NCBI RefSeq assembly: GCF_001194135.2
Contig: NC_068992.1
Location: 32,059,238-32,095,553, forward strand
Direction of reading: 5' to 3'
Length of the DNA: 36,316 nt
Origin: Octopus bimaculoides
Lineage: Eukaryota
Shown: positions 36,050-36,316 of the stretch, in pieces
Layout of the letters: the number at the start of each line of letters is the position of its first letter
How positions within the stretch are numbered: the first letter of the stretch is position 1
Made by a program: the position numbers and the translations under genes
The notes under the pieces: model-generated
Database searches by the model: none
What the model was told of the DNA's origin: nothing
The model's input: the letters and a program-made list of their open reading frames with translations, nothing else

Positions 36050-36316
36050 TTAGCATTTAGAATGAGCAAAAGATCTCGTACGCACATTGTAATTATGAAT
36101 TCCCGATTTCAAGGTAATATTGATTTCTCAGGAAACACCAGTGATTTAGATGTGATAGTTGTACTTTAATGCACGCTGAACTTAAGCCTAATACGTATTC
36201 CATCATATTAAGGAACCTGGCGTATCTCTTACAATAAAGAGAAGGGTAAAACTCCACATTTAAACAAAATACTTTCCAACGAATTTTTTTCCATCCACAC
36301 TCAAAGTACATGGATA
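36050..36316 (-). pseudogene. Possible decayed PLE RT fragment at window edge
   Basis: W.KI..KVFCLNVEFYPSL resembles the D(I/V)VEFYPSI RT motif, followed ~60 codons later by a weak ITM (cf. VTMG). Confidence 0.3.

Noticed and set aside
1-36316. CRISPR arrays, prokaryotic operons, rRNA genes, host exons
   Set aside because: No repeat-spacer arrays, no rRNA-like sequence, and no ORF with a non-transposon domain or convincing exon structure was seen.

Overview
AT-rich, gap-ridden eukaryotic scaffold (10 N-runs, most flanked by microsatellites). It is most likely from an octopod cephalopod, inferred from a tRNA-derived SINE at 15286 that matches my recollection of the Octopus SINE family. I found no host protein-coding gene; most ORFs in the supplied track are artefacts of N-runs or microsatellites. 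The window is a graveyard of decayed transposons dominated by Penelope-like retroelements (PLEs; RT plus C-terminal GIY-YIG endonuclease). These include a near full-length minus-strand copy (ORF ~4187->1440) joined head-to-head to an inverted 3' copy (4400-6390), two more minus-strand fragments (14690-16560, 17551-17870), and an ORF start at 23564 preceded by an inverted pair of pseudo-LTRs. Each pseudo-LTR carries a degenerate hammerhead-ribozyme-like motif, and a further minimal hammerhead-like motif lies at ~32980. Also present: a complete-ended Chapaev3-type (CMC) DNA transposon with TAA target-site duplication (26264-28450), two Tc1/mariner 5' fragments, a Helitron helicase fragment, a probable RLE-type LINE fragment, and two adjacent foldback/MITE-like elements. 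All protein assignments come from manual translation and remembered family motifs; no database search was run.
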